64,000 bases of DNA from a virus (IMGVR_UViG_3300024268_000023), one strand, 5' to 3'. Positions 8,654 through 19,124 are shown, numbered from the stretch's first letter. Notes: generated from the letters alone by a model not told the origin. Translations and numbers: made by a program.

Positions 8654-9860
8654 TACAAAAAGACGGGATGGTGAGAACGAACGTCAGTATATCTGGCGCA
8701 TTGGGCAGATGGTTGATAAAGGGGAAATATCTTCTTGGAAAGATGTAGCTCCCATTATTAACGCAGAATGGCGTGAAGATGAATCCGAATACAGAGATGA
8801 GAGCGCCTATCGTAAACCATATCAATACGCCAAAGGATTCTACGAAGATGTGTTCAGCGGTTTTGCAGATCGGGAATATATGAAAGAGCTCGAAGAAAAG
8901 CTAATCGCTATCAAAAAAGAAGGCATGAGAACTGCCGATCAGCGCAGAGAGTTCAATAAGCTTATTCGAAAGGAAGCCCGAACTGAACATCTCTATGATG
9001 TTATTCGTGAGGTAGCTAAGAACATCAATGAGGAAAAACCGATGGATTTTGATTGTTTTTCAGAGGTTTTTGATTCTGACAAAGAGGCCGTCCTTTGTTT
9101 TGCTGATTGGCATTATGGAATGGTAACGGACAACATTTGGCAAAAGTATAACCCTAAGATTTGTCGGGAGAGAGTAGAAGAACTGGTTTGGAGAACGAAA
9201 AATTATTTAAGATCCCATAAAGTTCGGAAGTTGCATATAGTTTGTCTCGGAGACGTCGCGCATGGCGCAATTCACTCTACTTGCAGAGTAGCTTCTGAAG
9301 AAAATACAGTAGATCAGCTTATACACGTAGCAGAACTGATGGCTGAAGCAATAAATGAACTTTCTTCTTGCGTGGAAGACGTATATGTTTATTCTACTTA
9401 TGGCAATCACATGAGAACAATTCAAAATAAAGCTGATAGTATTCATTCTGACAACATGGAAAAAATTCTCCCGTGGTGGTTGGCAGAAAGATTCGCAGAC
9501 AGAATTGATGTGCATATTGTAGAAGCTGATTATAAAGAATTTATTTGGTTTAAAGTTGCAGGATATAACGTTTGTTGTACTCATGGGGATTTGGATAACT
9601 TCAAAGATCTTGGTGTTACGCTGAATACTCTTTTTACAAAAAAGTTTGGTGAAACGATAGATTATACTTTTTCGGCAGACAAGCATCACTTAGAAGAGCT
9701 TGAGCGCTACGACATTGAAAGCGTGCTCATTCGTTCTCTCTGTGGAACGGATGATTATGCAAATGAGCACCGGCTTTATTCCAGTGCAGGTCAATCGCTA
9801 TTTATTTTTGACCCCCAGTATGGGAGAGAAGCTACATATAATATAAAATTCAAAAATTGA
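8646..9860 (+). CDS. Calcineurin-like metallophosphoesterase (positionally like SPbeta YonJ)
   Basis: DWH, GD, GNH, HGD, DKHH metal-binding motifs. Confidence 0.85.
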   Translation: MVDTKRRDGENERQYIWRIGQMVDKGEISSWKDVAPIINAEWREDESEYRDESAYRKPYQYAKGFYEDVFSGFADREYMKELEEKLIAIKKEGMRTADQRREFNKLIRKEARTEHLYDVIREVAKNINEEKPMDFDCFSEVFDSDKEAVLCFADWHYGMVTDNIWQKYNPKICRERVEELVWRTKNYLRSHKVRKLHIVCLGDVAHGAIHSTCRVASEENTVDQLIHVAELMAEAINELSSCVEDVYVYSTYGNHMRTIQNKADSIHSDNMEKILPWWLAERFADRIDVHIVEADYKEFIWFKVAGYNVCCTHGDLDNFKDLGVTLNTLFTKKFGETIDYTFSADKHHLEELERYDIESVLIRSLCGTDDYANEHRLYSSAGQSLFIFDPQYGREATYNIKFKN

Positions 9861-9880
9861 AAGGTTAAACTGGATTTTTA

Positions 9881-10501
9881 ATGGCAGATGTTGGTGAACC
9901 CATTGTAATTGTTAATGAAGTACCTTCTGTTACGAAGGATGAAATGTTTATGGATGACCTTGAAAAAAGAAAACTTTTTCTCGAGGGCGAAATTAACGAA
10001 GATACCTTTAGACAGGTAGGTTATCATATTCTGAAAATTAATGAGGAGGATAAAAATCTTCCCGCAGATAAAAGAAAACCTATTAAGCTTTATGTTGCCT
10101 GTTACGGAGGAAGTGTTATTCAAGGACTTACTCTTATCAATATTATTAAATCTAGTATTACGCCAATTTATACAATAGTAGTTGGTCAAGCTTACTCTAT
10201 GGCTTTCTATATTGGAATTAGCGGTAAAAAGAGATTTGCATTCCCCGAGTCCACCTATCTAATTCACGATGGAGGCATTGGTATCCAGACTTCTACCAGC
10301 AAGGTAAAAGACTATGTTGCTTTTGACGATCAGATTAACAAAAAGCTGCAAGCAATTGTTGTCGAACATACAAAATTGACTTCAGAGGAACTTGGAGAAA
10401 AAGAAAGAATAGAATGGTACCTCTTTGCAGATGAAGCAAAAGAAAAAGGTATTGTTGATTATATTATTGGTGAAGATTGCACGCTTGAGGAGGTCTTTTG
10501 A
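9881..10501 (+). CDS. clpP: ClpP-family protease
   Basis: GGSV, AYSMA (Ser), LIHD (His); Glu appears at the usual catalytic Asp position (IEWY). Confidence 0.85.
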   Translation: MADVGEPIVIVNEVPSVTKDEMFMDDLEKRKLFLEGEINEDTFRQVGYHILKINEEDKNLPADKRKPIKLYVACYGGSVIQGLTLINIIKSSITPIYTIVVGQAYSMAFYIGISGKKRFAFPESTYLIHDGGIGIQTSTSKVKDYVAFDDQINKKLQAIVVEHTKLTSEELGEKERIEWYLFADEAKEKGIVDYIIGEDCTLEEVF

Positions 10502-10503
10502 GC

Positions 10504-11217
10504 ATGAGCAAAAAACGTCCGAAATCTTTTGAGCACGAGCACGAAGATGCTCCAGAAACCCTTAAGGGCCATTATTTTTATGGTTTAAAATTAGACCCCG
10601 AACAGGAAGCGTTTAGAGATGCTATTTATAATGATGACAACGATATTATATTCTGTAATGCTGTAGCTGGATGCGGAAAAACTCTTATTGCTATTGCAAC
10701 AGCTAATCTTATGGTTGAATATGGTAAATACGATGGTATTGTATATATCGTGTCACCGGTGCAAGAAGAAAGAATTGGATTTTTGCCTGGAAGTGCTGAC
10801 GAGAAAATAGGGCCATACGGCGCGCCGCTTTATGATGCCCTGATGAAAATTAATGTTGATCCGATGCATGCAATTAATCAGAGTTCTATCTGGACACAAA
10901 AAGAAGGTACTGGATATATTGATTGCATAGGACATGTTTATCTCAGAGGATGCAATCTCGAAAATAAAATAATTGTTGTGGAAGAATCACAGAACTACTA
11001 TAAAGATGAGCTTAAAAAGACGCTCACCAGAGTTTGCGAAAATTCAAAAACAATTGTAATCGGACATACTGGACAATGCGATCTTTATCATTGCCCTGAG
11101 CACAGTGGATTTGCGGCATACATTGAACATTTTAAAGATAAAGAGCGTTGTGCTGTATGCGAACTAACCACAAACCACAGAGGTTGGGTCAGTTCATGGG
11201 CAGATGAACTTGAATGA
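10504..11217 (+). CDS. phoH: PhoH-family ATPase
   Basis: AVAGCGKT Walker A, RGCNL...EESQN, GHTGQCD. Confidence 0.88.
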   Translation: MSKKRPKSFEHEHEDAPETLKGHYFYGLKLDPEQEAFRDAIYNDDNDIIFCNAVAGCGKTLIAIATANLMVEYGKYDGIVYIVSPVQEERIGFLPGSADEKIGPYGAPLYDALMKINVDPMHAINQSSIWTQKEGTGYIDCIGHVYLRGCNLENKIIVVEESQNYYKDELKKTLTRVCENSKTIVIGHTGQCDLYHCPEHSGFAAYIEHFKDKERCAVCELTTNHRGWVSSWADELE

Positions 11218-11233
11218 ATATGAAATCACTTAT

Positions 11234-11265
11234 GAAGGCGGGGATATATCCTCGTCTTCTTTTTC
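11234..11265 (+). terminator. Intrinsic terminator
   Basis: GAAGGCGGGGA-TATA-TCCTCGTCTTC then T run. Confidence 0.75.
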
Positions 11266-11295
11266 TTTATTACAAATTAAAAAGGAGGGCTGGCA

Positions 11296-12279
11296 GTGGC
11301 CGTTGAAAAACTGAAACAAATCACGGAAGAGGAATGGGCTGAAGTCAACCCTATTAACCGTGATTTACTTGAAGAGTTTATATCTAACTCTGTGGAGTTA
11401 TCTCCTCAAACTTTAAAGGCTTATACGAGCAATCTTCGTATTTGGTTTGTTTGGGTAAAAGATAATTTAAATAATAAACCCGAAATTGAAATTAAGCCAC
11501 TGGAGTATAAACGATTCCAGAATTGGCTTATGAATAGAGGCTGCTCATCATCCGATACGGTAAACAAAAGAGCGGCGATTTCAAGTCTTAATAATTTCAT
11601 TGAGATTTATATGAACGACGAATATCCGATGTTCAGAAACTTTATCAACAAAAGTATTAAACGACCGACAAAAGAATTCGTCAATGAAAAAGAATATCTA
11701 AACCATGAAGAGCTTGAGCATCTTATTTCTGTACTCGAAGAAAGAGAGGAATGGCAAAAAGTTGCTTACGTTCGTTTTACTTTTGAAACTGGTTGCAGGC
11801 GTGCTGAAAGCAGACAACTTCTTAAAGATATTGTAAATGCTCAGCCCATTGTAAAAGAAAAGGACGGTAAGACCGTTACTTATTATCTTACTCCTAACAT
11901 TAGATGCAAGGGAGCGGGCAAAACCGGCAAAGTCAGAAAGCTAATGTTTGGTGAGGAAGCCATGACTGCACTCAAAAAGTGGTTGGAAGTCCGAGGAGAA
12001 GATGATTGCCCGTATATGTTCGTTGCGAAGATTGATGGTAAATACGAGCAGATTTCCATGACCAGCTTTAATAAGTGGGCTCAGCAGGTATTTACTCCCA
12101 TCTGCGGTAAAAGAGTTACTCCTCACAGCTTTAGAAGAAGTAGAGCGTCTCAAGCGGTTGTAGAGGATGGTATAGATATTGAAAGTGTTCGTGTCCTTCT
12201 TGGGCATGAAAGCTCCGATACTACTCGTATTTACGTTATGAAAGACGAAAGTGACGAGATAGACGACTTGTTCGTGTAA
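11296..12279 (+). CDS. Second tyrosine recombinase
   Basis: TGCRRAE, PHSFRRS, LGHES, TRIY; N-terminal SAM-like core-binding region. Confidence 0.9.
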   Translation: MAVEKLKQITEEEWAEVNPINRDLLEEFISNSVELSPQTLKAYTSNLRIWFVWVKDNLNNKPEIEIKPLEYKRFQNWLMNRGCSSSDTVNKRAAISSLNNFIEIYMNDEYPMFRNFINKSIKRPTKEFVNEKEYLNHEELEHLISVLEEREEWQKVAYVRFTFETGCRRAESRQLLKDIVNAQPIVKEKDGKTVTYYLTPNIRCKGAGKTGKVRKLMFGEEAMTALKKWLEVRGEDDCPYMFVAKIDGKYEQISMTSFNKWAQQVFTPICGKRVTPHSFRRSRASQAVVEDGIDIESVRVLLGHESSDTTRIYVMKDESDEIDDLFV

Positions 12280-12291
12280 AGGGGGCCTTAT

Positions 12292-13407
12292 ATGCCAAGA
12301 GGTAAAAAAGCGTACACGCCGTCGGATTCCAAAGTGGATGTTAACTCCCGCGACTTATGTACGCAGCTCAATAATTATCAAAAAGAAATAGGCGGAGAAC
12401 CGTACTTTGGTATCTACCGATGTTCACATTGTGGACATTGGTATATAAGCCAAGCAAATTTTTACAAAACTCCGTCTCCTTTATACGAGAAAAACAATGG
12501 TTACCTTACTGTTTGCAAGAGCTGTGCTCAAAATCTTTTCGATGAGCACTGTAAACAAACAGATAATGATTTACATAAAGCTATGCGACTCACTTGTCAT
12601 GAGTTGGATTGGCCTTATGATGAAGAGAACTTTGATATTGTTGCAGAAAAGACAAGAATCAGAGGACATCTCGTAGAAAGTTATGCTGCCATTATTGGCA
12701 ATGCAAAATACACAATTGGTCTTTCTTATTCTGATACGATGAAAAAGGAAATGGAAGAAACCGAAGCCGTTCCGTTCTTCGTTGATGTTCCGTCTGTTTC
12801 TCCTGAGGTGTTATGTGAGAACTCAGAAGATGCAGAACAGGTAGCAAAACGGAAAAAGGCGGCAAGGTTCTTTGGCAGAAGATTCACTGAAGATCAACTT
12901 GATTATCTTATTGACGAGTATGCTGAATGGGAAGAAGAATATAAACCGAAAAAGAAAGCAGACAAAGACCTTTATAAAAATATATGCCTTATGGATTTGA
13001 AAATTTATGAAGGTACTGCCACCGAGAAGGATTTTAAGGTTTATCAGGATTTAATGGAAAGCGCTGGTGCGAAACCTAAACAGCAGGCTGAAAATGCACT
13101 TGCTGAGCAAAACACTCTTGGTACTCTTATTAAATTTTGGGAAGACAATGATCCAATTCCAGAACCGGCTCCCGAATGGAAAGACGTTGATGGAATTTGG
13201 AAGTATTTTACAACATGGATTTTAGGACACCTTTGTGAAATGTTTGGGTTCGACAATGAATATGCAGAACTTTATCGAGAGGAAAAGGCAAAGTATTCAG
13301 TTGAACCTCCGGAAAATGATGAAGAGGACATGGGTTCTGAAATTGCAAGTGTAATATTTAAAGCGAAGAACTCCTCCGATGATGAGGAGGTGGTGCCGGA
13401 TGACTGA
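12292..13407 (+). CDS. Zn-ribbon protein immediately upstream of TerL (possible small terminase/packaging factor)
   Basis: CSHC and CKSC motifs; its stop overlaps the TerL start region; position only. Confidence 0.5.
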   Translation: MPRGKKAYTPSDSKVDVNSRDLCTQLNNYQKEIGGEPYFGIYRCSHCGHWYISQANFYKTPSPLYEKNNGYLTVCKSCAQNLFDEHCKQTDNDLHKAMRLTCHELDWPYDEENFDIVAEKTRIRGHLVESYAAIIGNAKYTIGLSYSDTMKKEMEETEAVPFFVDVPSVSPEVLCENSEDAEQVAKRKKAARFFGRRFTEDQLDYLIDEYAEWEEEYKPKKKADKDLYKNICLMDLKIYEGTATEKDFKVYQDLMESAGAKPKQQAENALAEQNTLGTLIKFWEDNDPIPEPAPEWKDVDGIWKYFTTWILGHLCEMFGFDNEYAELYREEKAKYSVEPPENDEEDMGSEIASVIFKAKNSSDDEEVVPDD

Positions 13408-15136
13408 TTCAGCGCAGATTAATTTTACTATGTCGAGGGTTGCTCTCTGGGTCTCTTTCTACAGAGCAAATCCTCATCGTTTTGCGAAAGATTATCTTGG
13501 TCTGGACTTGAAGATGTTTCAGCAGATAATTCTTTATCTTTTCTTTCATGTAGAAAATGCGATGTATTTGGCATCCCGATAGCGAGGGCAAGGAAAATCC
13601 TGGTTGCTTGCAGTATTCTGTTGTGTAAAAGCTATATTGTGGCCCGGGACTGAAATAATTATTGCGTCTAAAACAAGAAAACAGGCAAATGAAATTCTTG
13701 AAAAAATAATGACAACCATAGGAACAAAGTCTCCAAACTTGATGCTTGAAATCGACATGAAACACACAAAGGTCGGAGGGCAAGATAGCTATATTATGTT
13801 CCGCAACGGTTCAAAGATCACCGTTGCTACAGCAAACGAGAATGCTCGACATTTCAGGGCTCACGTTTTAATTATCGATGAGTATAGAATGACTCCTCTT
13901 GATATTATCAATGATGTTCTTAAAAGATTCTTGACTGCTTCTCGTCAGCCAGGTTTTCTTACTAAGCCTAAGTATAAGGGCAGAAAAGATTTACTCGAAC
14001 CGATGCAGCAGCTTTATGCCAGCTCGTGTTGGTATACATCTCATTGGTCTTATAACTTGGCAAGAGACTATATGGCAAACATGCTTGATCCAAAGAGAAA
14101 CTATTTTATTTGTAGCTTGCCATATCAGATTGCTATTAAGGAAGATTTGCTCAAAGAGTCCACCGTTAGAAATGATATGAGTGAGAGCACGTTTAACATG
14201 CTGACGTTCCAAATGGAGATGGAAGCTCTTTGGTGGAACGAAGGAGAGCTTGGACTTTATCATTTTGACGAGATTGATGCTACTAGAAAAATTCTTTATC
14301 CATGGCATAGGGATTCTTTGGCTACAAAGCTTGGGCCAGCAGGCAAACATCTTTCAATTCCTGCTAAATTAAAAGGCGAAAAAAGATTGCTTAGTGCTGA
14401 CTTAGCTGTTGCTCCAGGTCAACGAAATGACGCAACATCTATTTTTATAACACAATTGCAACCGGGAACTGCGGGGAAATACGCAAGGAATGTGGTTTAT
14501 ACAGAGGCATGGGAAGGATGGCATACATCTGACCAAGCACTGACAATTAGAAAACTCTTTGCAGAATATGACTGCGATTATATTGTCATCGACTGCAAAG
14601 GTGTCGGCTACGGTATTGTCGACCTTTTAATGCGTGATCAGTACGACCCCCAAACAGGGCTTACATACCCGGCTCTTGCAAGTTGTAATGACTTGATGGC
14701 TGACCGTAATCAACCTGGAGCTGCAAAAGTTTTGTGGCCGGTTGCTGGTTCACCTAATTTTAACTCTGAGTGCGCATTAGCACTTAGAGAAAGTTTCCGC
14801 AATGGCAGTATGAGATTACTGATATCGGATTATGATTGTGACGATGAATTGGTTAAGCTTCAAGGTTTTTCTAAACTTGATCCGGATATTCAAACGCAGA
14901 TAAGGTTGCCATATTTACAAACATCCTTACTCATAAATGAGCTTGTTAAACTCGAGTATGAAGCAAAGGGGAATGTTGTAAAAATAAAAGAACGTTCAGG
15001 TATGAGAAAGGATAGATATTCAAGTTTATCCTATAACAATTATGTTGCGAATCAACTTGAGCGTAAACTATCTAAAAAATCTACTTTTGCGGGCTATGCC
15101 CCAATGTTTAATTTTAGAAAACCCACTTTAGGGTAA
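13400..15136 (+). CDS. Terminase large subunit with an in-frame TAG at 13580-13582 inside Walker A
   Basis: ATG 13400 after GAGGAGG; ...MYLASR*RGQGKS...; both ORF-track pieces are in one frame; Walker B LIIDE; nuclease LSADLA and KDRYSS. Confidence 0.9.
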
Positions 15137-15156
15137 GAAGGAAGGTGTAGTGAACT

Positions 15157-16719
15157 ATGAATGAGCCTGTAAAGGCATTTGACTTGTCGGAAGAAAAGAA
15201 GAAGAATGAGCTTGCTCAAGAGCGTGCGATTAGAACTTTTGCACGAACAGCACAAGCACGTGGAACTCGACAGATAATTTCAAAACCCAATGATAACGTA
15301 AACGCTGAATTTTCTGCTTTTTCAAGATATACAAAAGAGCAGATCATGGGATTTATGCAAAATCCTTCTGCCAACGCAAAGCAGCTTAGAGATGCAAGTA
15401 ATTATATGGCGGATGTTTCAACTCAGTACAATAGACTTCTTGAACATTACGCAAATCTTTATACTTGGGCCTACACAGTATCTCCTGTGGCTTATTCTGG
15501 AGCTTCTCAGAAAACTGCCCAGAAATCATATTGGGATAGTTTGGCCTTCCTTGAAAAAATGAATCTCGCCCACACTGCACCGTCGGTTATTAAAACCGCG
15601 CTGCGTGAGGGTGTTTTTTTTGGAGTTGTTTGGATCGGTTCAAATGTTGTTTATGTACAGAAAATCAATCCGGATTATTGCAGATTGACACACATCGTGG
15701 ATGGCACATGGCAGTATAGTGTGGATATGAGCAAGATTAAAGAGAATAGGCTTGAATTATATCCTCCGGAATTTACAGCTATGTGGAATGAGTATAATCG
15801 CAGTGGTCTTAAATGGCAGGAAGTCCCTTCGCAAGTAAGTTTCTGTGTAAAAGCAGATGAAACTGTTGTTGCTTATGCTCTTCCTCCTTTTGCAGCTACT
15901 CTTGGGCTTCTTTATGATATTGAACAGTATAAAGCGTTGCAAGAAACAAGCACGGTTATTAATAACTACAAGTTGCTCAACATGAAGATTCCGTTAAATG
16001 AGGATGGAACTCCTCAAGTTGATTGGACACTTGCAAACCAATATTATACTCAGCTATGCAACAATGTAGATGCTCACATTGGTGTGACCATTTCTCCGAT
16101 GGAACTTGAAGACTTTGACTTTGAGCACAGCGGAGCGACTGACCAAGTTGACATTGTTGCTCGAGCAGAAGATGGTTATTGGGCCGCTAACGGTACGTCA
16201 GCGTTGCTCCATGGGTCGGCCTCTAATAATAGCGCTGGTGCTCTTAAGTTAAGTATCCGTTCAGATGAAGCTTTTATCAAGCCTATGGTAAGACAGATAG
16301 AGCTTATTGCTAACAGACTCTTGAGAGACCAAGGGTCTGCGACACAAAAATATAAGATCAACATTTTGCCAGTTACTATTTTTAACTTTGATGAAATGTT
16401 GAAATTGTACAAAGAAGCCGCAACTTTAGGAATTCCAGGTGCAAAATCGGCTTACGCCGCCATTCTTGGTACCGGCGCATTTGATGTTCTTGGACTTAAC
16501 ATGACCGAGCTTGAATATCTTCAGTTTGATGAACTTGTTCCACTGCAAAGTGGTTATACAATGGGAGGCAATACTGATGAAGATGAGGATGAAAAGACTC
16601 CAAAAGAAGCAAAAAAAGATGCTCCGGAAGGAGAGGCGGGACGTCCGGAAATCGACGAAAAGGATTTAAGTGAATCTGGCGAGGAAACCAGGGCTACCAG
16701 CGCAAATGACAACCGATGA
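15157..16719 (+). CDS. Portal protein
   Basis: Follows TerL; 520 aa; acidic C-terminal tail ending GRP...ETRA; SPbeta-like synteny. Confidence 0.8.
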   Translation: MNEPVKAFDLSEEKKKNELAQERAIRTFARTAQARGTRQIISKPNDNVNAEFSAFSRYTKEQIMGFMQNPSANAKQLRDASNYMADVSTQYNRLLEHYANLYTWAYTVSPVAYSGASQKTAQKSYWDSLAFLEKMNLAHTAPSVIKTALREGVFFGVVWIGSNVVYVQKINPDYCRLTHIVDGTWQYSVDMSKIKENRLELYPPEFTAMWNEYNRSGLKWQEVPSQVSFCVKADETVVAYALPPFAATLGLLYDIEQYKALQETSTVINNYKLLNMKIPLNEDGTPQVDWTLANQYYTQLCNNVDAHIGVTISPMELEDFDFEHSGATDQVDIVARAEDGYWAANGTSALLHGSASNNSAGALKLSIRSDEAFIKPMVRQIELIANRLLRDQGSATQKYKINILPVTIFNFDEMLKLYKEAATLGIPGAKSAYAAILGTGAFDVLGLNMTELEYLQFDELVPLQSGYTMGGNTDEDEDEKTPKEAKKDAPEGEAGRPEIDEKDLSESGEETRATSANDNR

Positions 16720-16731
16720 AGGGGGTAAAAT

Positions 16732-16926
16732 ATGCAAATTTTTATTTTAGATCCTGATACGGCTGCAGAAATTAAAGAAGCGGGATATACGCTCGAATTT
16801 TTTAATGATATCAATGGGGCTCCTATATGGGAATTTTCCTATGATGGAGACAGCCTTGATATAGGGGCTTTAGTTGAAGAAGACAAAATAATTGTTAACA
16901 CTTGTCCCAAAACAATTTATTTGTAA
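16732..16926 (+). CDS. Small hypothetical protein
   Basis: 64-aa ORF with RBS GAAGGGGG. Confidence 0.55.
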   Translation: MQIFILDPDTAAEIKEAGYTLEFFNDINGAPIWEFSYDGDSLDIGALVEEDKIIVNTCPKTIYL

Positions 16927-16940
16927 GGGAGGTGAGAATC

Positions 16941-18599
16941 TTGGAAGTAAAAACCTTAGATTTTGTTTCTCAGCTAAAAGAAGTTGAGGAACTAAACCCT
17001 AGCTTTGCAACAGGCATGATGCGAATATGTTATCACGGCAAGAATCGAAATGGTTGGGTTATTCCGAAGGCAACTTTGGAAGCAGCGATCCCAACCTTTT
17101 TTAATTGTCCGATTGTCGCAAGATACGATAGAAAAAAAGACAAAGTTGGTGCTCATGATATGGAGCTTGTTTCTAAAAAAGGCAAGCTTAAATTAATTCC
17201 TGCGACCCAGCCGGTAGGCGTTATCCCAACGAACAATATGTATTTTTGGGAAACCGTAAAGGAAGATGATGGGAATGAGCACGAATATCTGGTTATGCCT
17301 GTAATTCTTTGGAGAAGGCAAGAAGCTGTAGATCATATCGTAGAGGCTCAGAGTATTGCGCAAAGCATGGAATGTGTTTTTGATGAGGTTCATGTCGATG
17401 AGAACGGCGCAACAATAGTAGATAAACTTACCATGCAAGCCTTCTGTCTACTGGAATCCGCCAAGCCTTGTTTTGAGAGCGCGGCAGTGGATGTGCTGAG
17501 TTCTGCATTGCAAGAACAATTCTCCCTTATGAAAAGTGATTGGAAAGAACTTTGCGGTAGCGAGAACTTTTCGATTAAGAAATTCCAAGTAAAAGAAGGA
17601 GGGTTGGAAGTAATGCAAGAAGATCTCATTAACGAGATGAATCCCACGATGGAAGAAGTAAACGATCCGGTTGAGCCGGTTGTTGAAACCCCTGCAGAAC
17701 AAGGTGTTGAGCATGAATGTGAAGATATTGATGCAGAAGTTGTTGAGCAGGGACATGAGGGCGATCCGGTGACTGAGGAAGTAGCTGAGCACGATGATGA
17801 AATTGAGCATGGAGAGAATCTTGAACAGTTGGAAACTCAAGAAACTGGAGAAGATAGCGATGAGCATGAGCTTGAACAGGACGAACATCTTGAAGAAGTA
17901 GAAGATGCGGAAGTTGCAACAGAAGACGAAAGCGGAACTGCGGCAGAAGCAGAAGTCTCTGAAACTTTTGCAGAAAACGAAGTTTCTGTATTTGCTACAT
18001 ACGAAGCTCGCAGAAGAGCACTTGAAGGCGCTCTTCCTGAAATCAGAAAAACAAATGAAGAAAATCAAGTTGTATATAGCGAATATTATTGGCTAGAAGA
18101 TTTTGATGATTCTTACGCTTATGTTGGCAGACGAATTTATACTGCCGAAAGTGGAGAATCAGACAAAAGAGACAACGGTCGCTTTGCTTATACGATCAAT
18201 GAGAATGGCGAAGCAGACCTTTCTGGCGAGTTTGAACCTATGATTGTTCGTTGGCTCACGGTAGCAGAATCTGCATCTTTGGACAAGGAAAGAGCCGAAG
18301 TGGCTAACTTGAAACAATGGTATGAACAGTATCAGAAAGAAAGAGTTATGTCTCTTTGCAAAGAGTTTGAAAATCTCTCCGAAGTAGAGGGATTTAGTTC
18401 TATTGTTGATGCTATTAATGGCGGAACTCTTGATTACGACGCAGCCCAAGAGAAGTTCTTTGCTCTCAAAGGCAAACACGTATTCTCTTTGGAGCAGCGT
18501 GAAAACAAAGTTGTTAGTGTCCCAATTGCGCCGATAGAAACGTTTACGGTTGCAAATAAAGGACGTAGATATGGCGGAATTATATCCGAACATAATTAA
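16941..18599 (+). CDS. Prohead protease/scaffold protein
   Basis: TTG after GGGAGGTG; N-terminal protease-like part (GKNRNG, CPIV, QSME, FCLL, PCFESA) and acidic coiled C-terminal half. Confidence 0.75.
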   Translation: MEVKTLDFVSQLKEVEELNPSFATGMMRICYHGKNRNGWVIPKATLEAAIPTFFNCPIVARYDRKKDKVGAHDMELVSKKGKLKLIPATQPVGVIPTNNMYFWETVKEDDGNEHEYLVMPVILWRRQEAVDHIVEAQSIAQSMECVFDEVHVDENGATIVDKLTMQAFCLLESAKPCFESAAVDVLSSALQEQFSLMKSDWKELCGSENFSIKKFQVKEGGLEVMQEDLINEMNPTMEEVNDPVEPVVETPAEQGVEHECEDIDAEVVEQGHEGDPVTEEVAEHDDEIEHGENLEQLETQETGEDSDEHELEQDEHLEEVEDAEVATEDESGTAAEAEVSETFAENEVSVFATYEARRRALEGALPEIRKTNEENQVVYSEYYWLEDFDDSYAYVGRRIYTAESGESDKRDNGRFAYTINENGEADLSGEFEPMIVRWLTVAESASLDKERAEVANLKQWYEQYQKERVMSLCKEFENLSEVEGFSSIVDAINGGTLDYDAAQEKFFALKGKHVFSLEQRENKVVSVPIAPIETFTVANKGRRYGGIISEHN

Positions 18600-18617
18600 A
18601 AATTGGAGGTAATTATC

Positions 18618-19106
18618 ATGGCAGTAGTACATGGCGTTGTACGCACCGATAACCTTTCTGGTATTTATGACGGTGCAAGACTTGCTGCCGTTAAATATTT
18701 TGACGGCGCAGAATATGCAGAGATCGACAACGGTATGATCGTATCTCTCGACGAATATCTCGGTGCAGATGTTTACAAAGCAGTAAAACCTGCAGCGGGC
18801 CAGAAACTTGGCAAACTTGCTCTTGTAGCAGCACCCGAACTCTTTAAAGAGGGAGAAAGACCCCTTGATATGTGGGTGAACGAAGCAGGCGAACCCGTTC
18901 GCGTTTATATCTTTAGACAGGGCGATGTTTTCTCTGTAACCGCTCCTGACATCGAAGGAACTCCCGACGCAGAAGCAAACAAATACGTTGCAGTAGGCGA
19001 TACCACTAAATACGTTGTTGCAGCAGACGCAGCAGACGCATTTGCAGAGCTTATCGCTATTGAAACCGTAGGCGCATATGTTTATTACGTCTATCGTGTA
19101 CTTTGA
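18618..19106 (+). CDS. Head decoration/minor capsid protein
   Basis: Lies between scaffold and major capsid; highly-expressed-type codon usage; strong RBS. Confidence 0.6.
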   Translation: MAVVHGVVRTDNLSGIYDGARLAAVKYFDGAEYAEIDNGMIVSLDEYLGADVYKAVKPAAGQKLGKLALVAAPELFKEGERPLDMWVNEAGEPVRVYIFRQGDVFSVTAPDIEGTPDAEANKYVAVGDTTKYVVAADAADAFAELIAIETVGAYVYYVYRVL

Positions 19107-19124
19107 TAAAGGAGGTAAACTGAA

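Noticed and set aside
7356-13584. CGATAGCG shared by intron P9 (7356-7363) and the terminase stop hairpin (13577-13584), both in CCC..GGG context
   Set aside because: Only 8 nt, which can occur by chance in 64 kb; no mechanism is supportable. Noted in case the terminase insertion proves to be intron-derived
13379-15136. Intron or frameshift explanation for the split terminase
   Set aside because: Both parts are in the same frame, separated by only 7 codons that encode the rest of Walker A; there is no room for a ribozyme and no slippery site is needed
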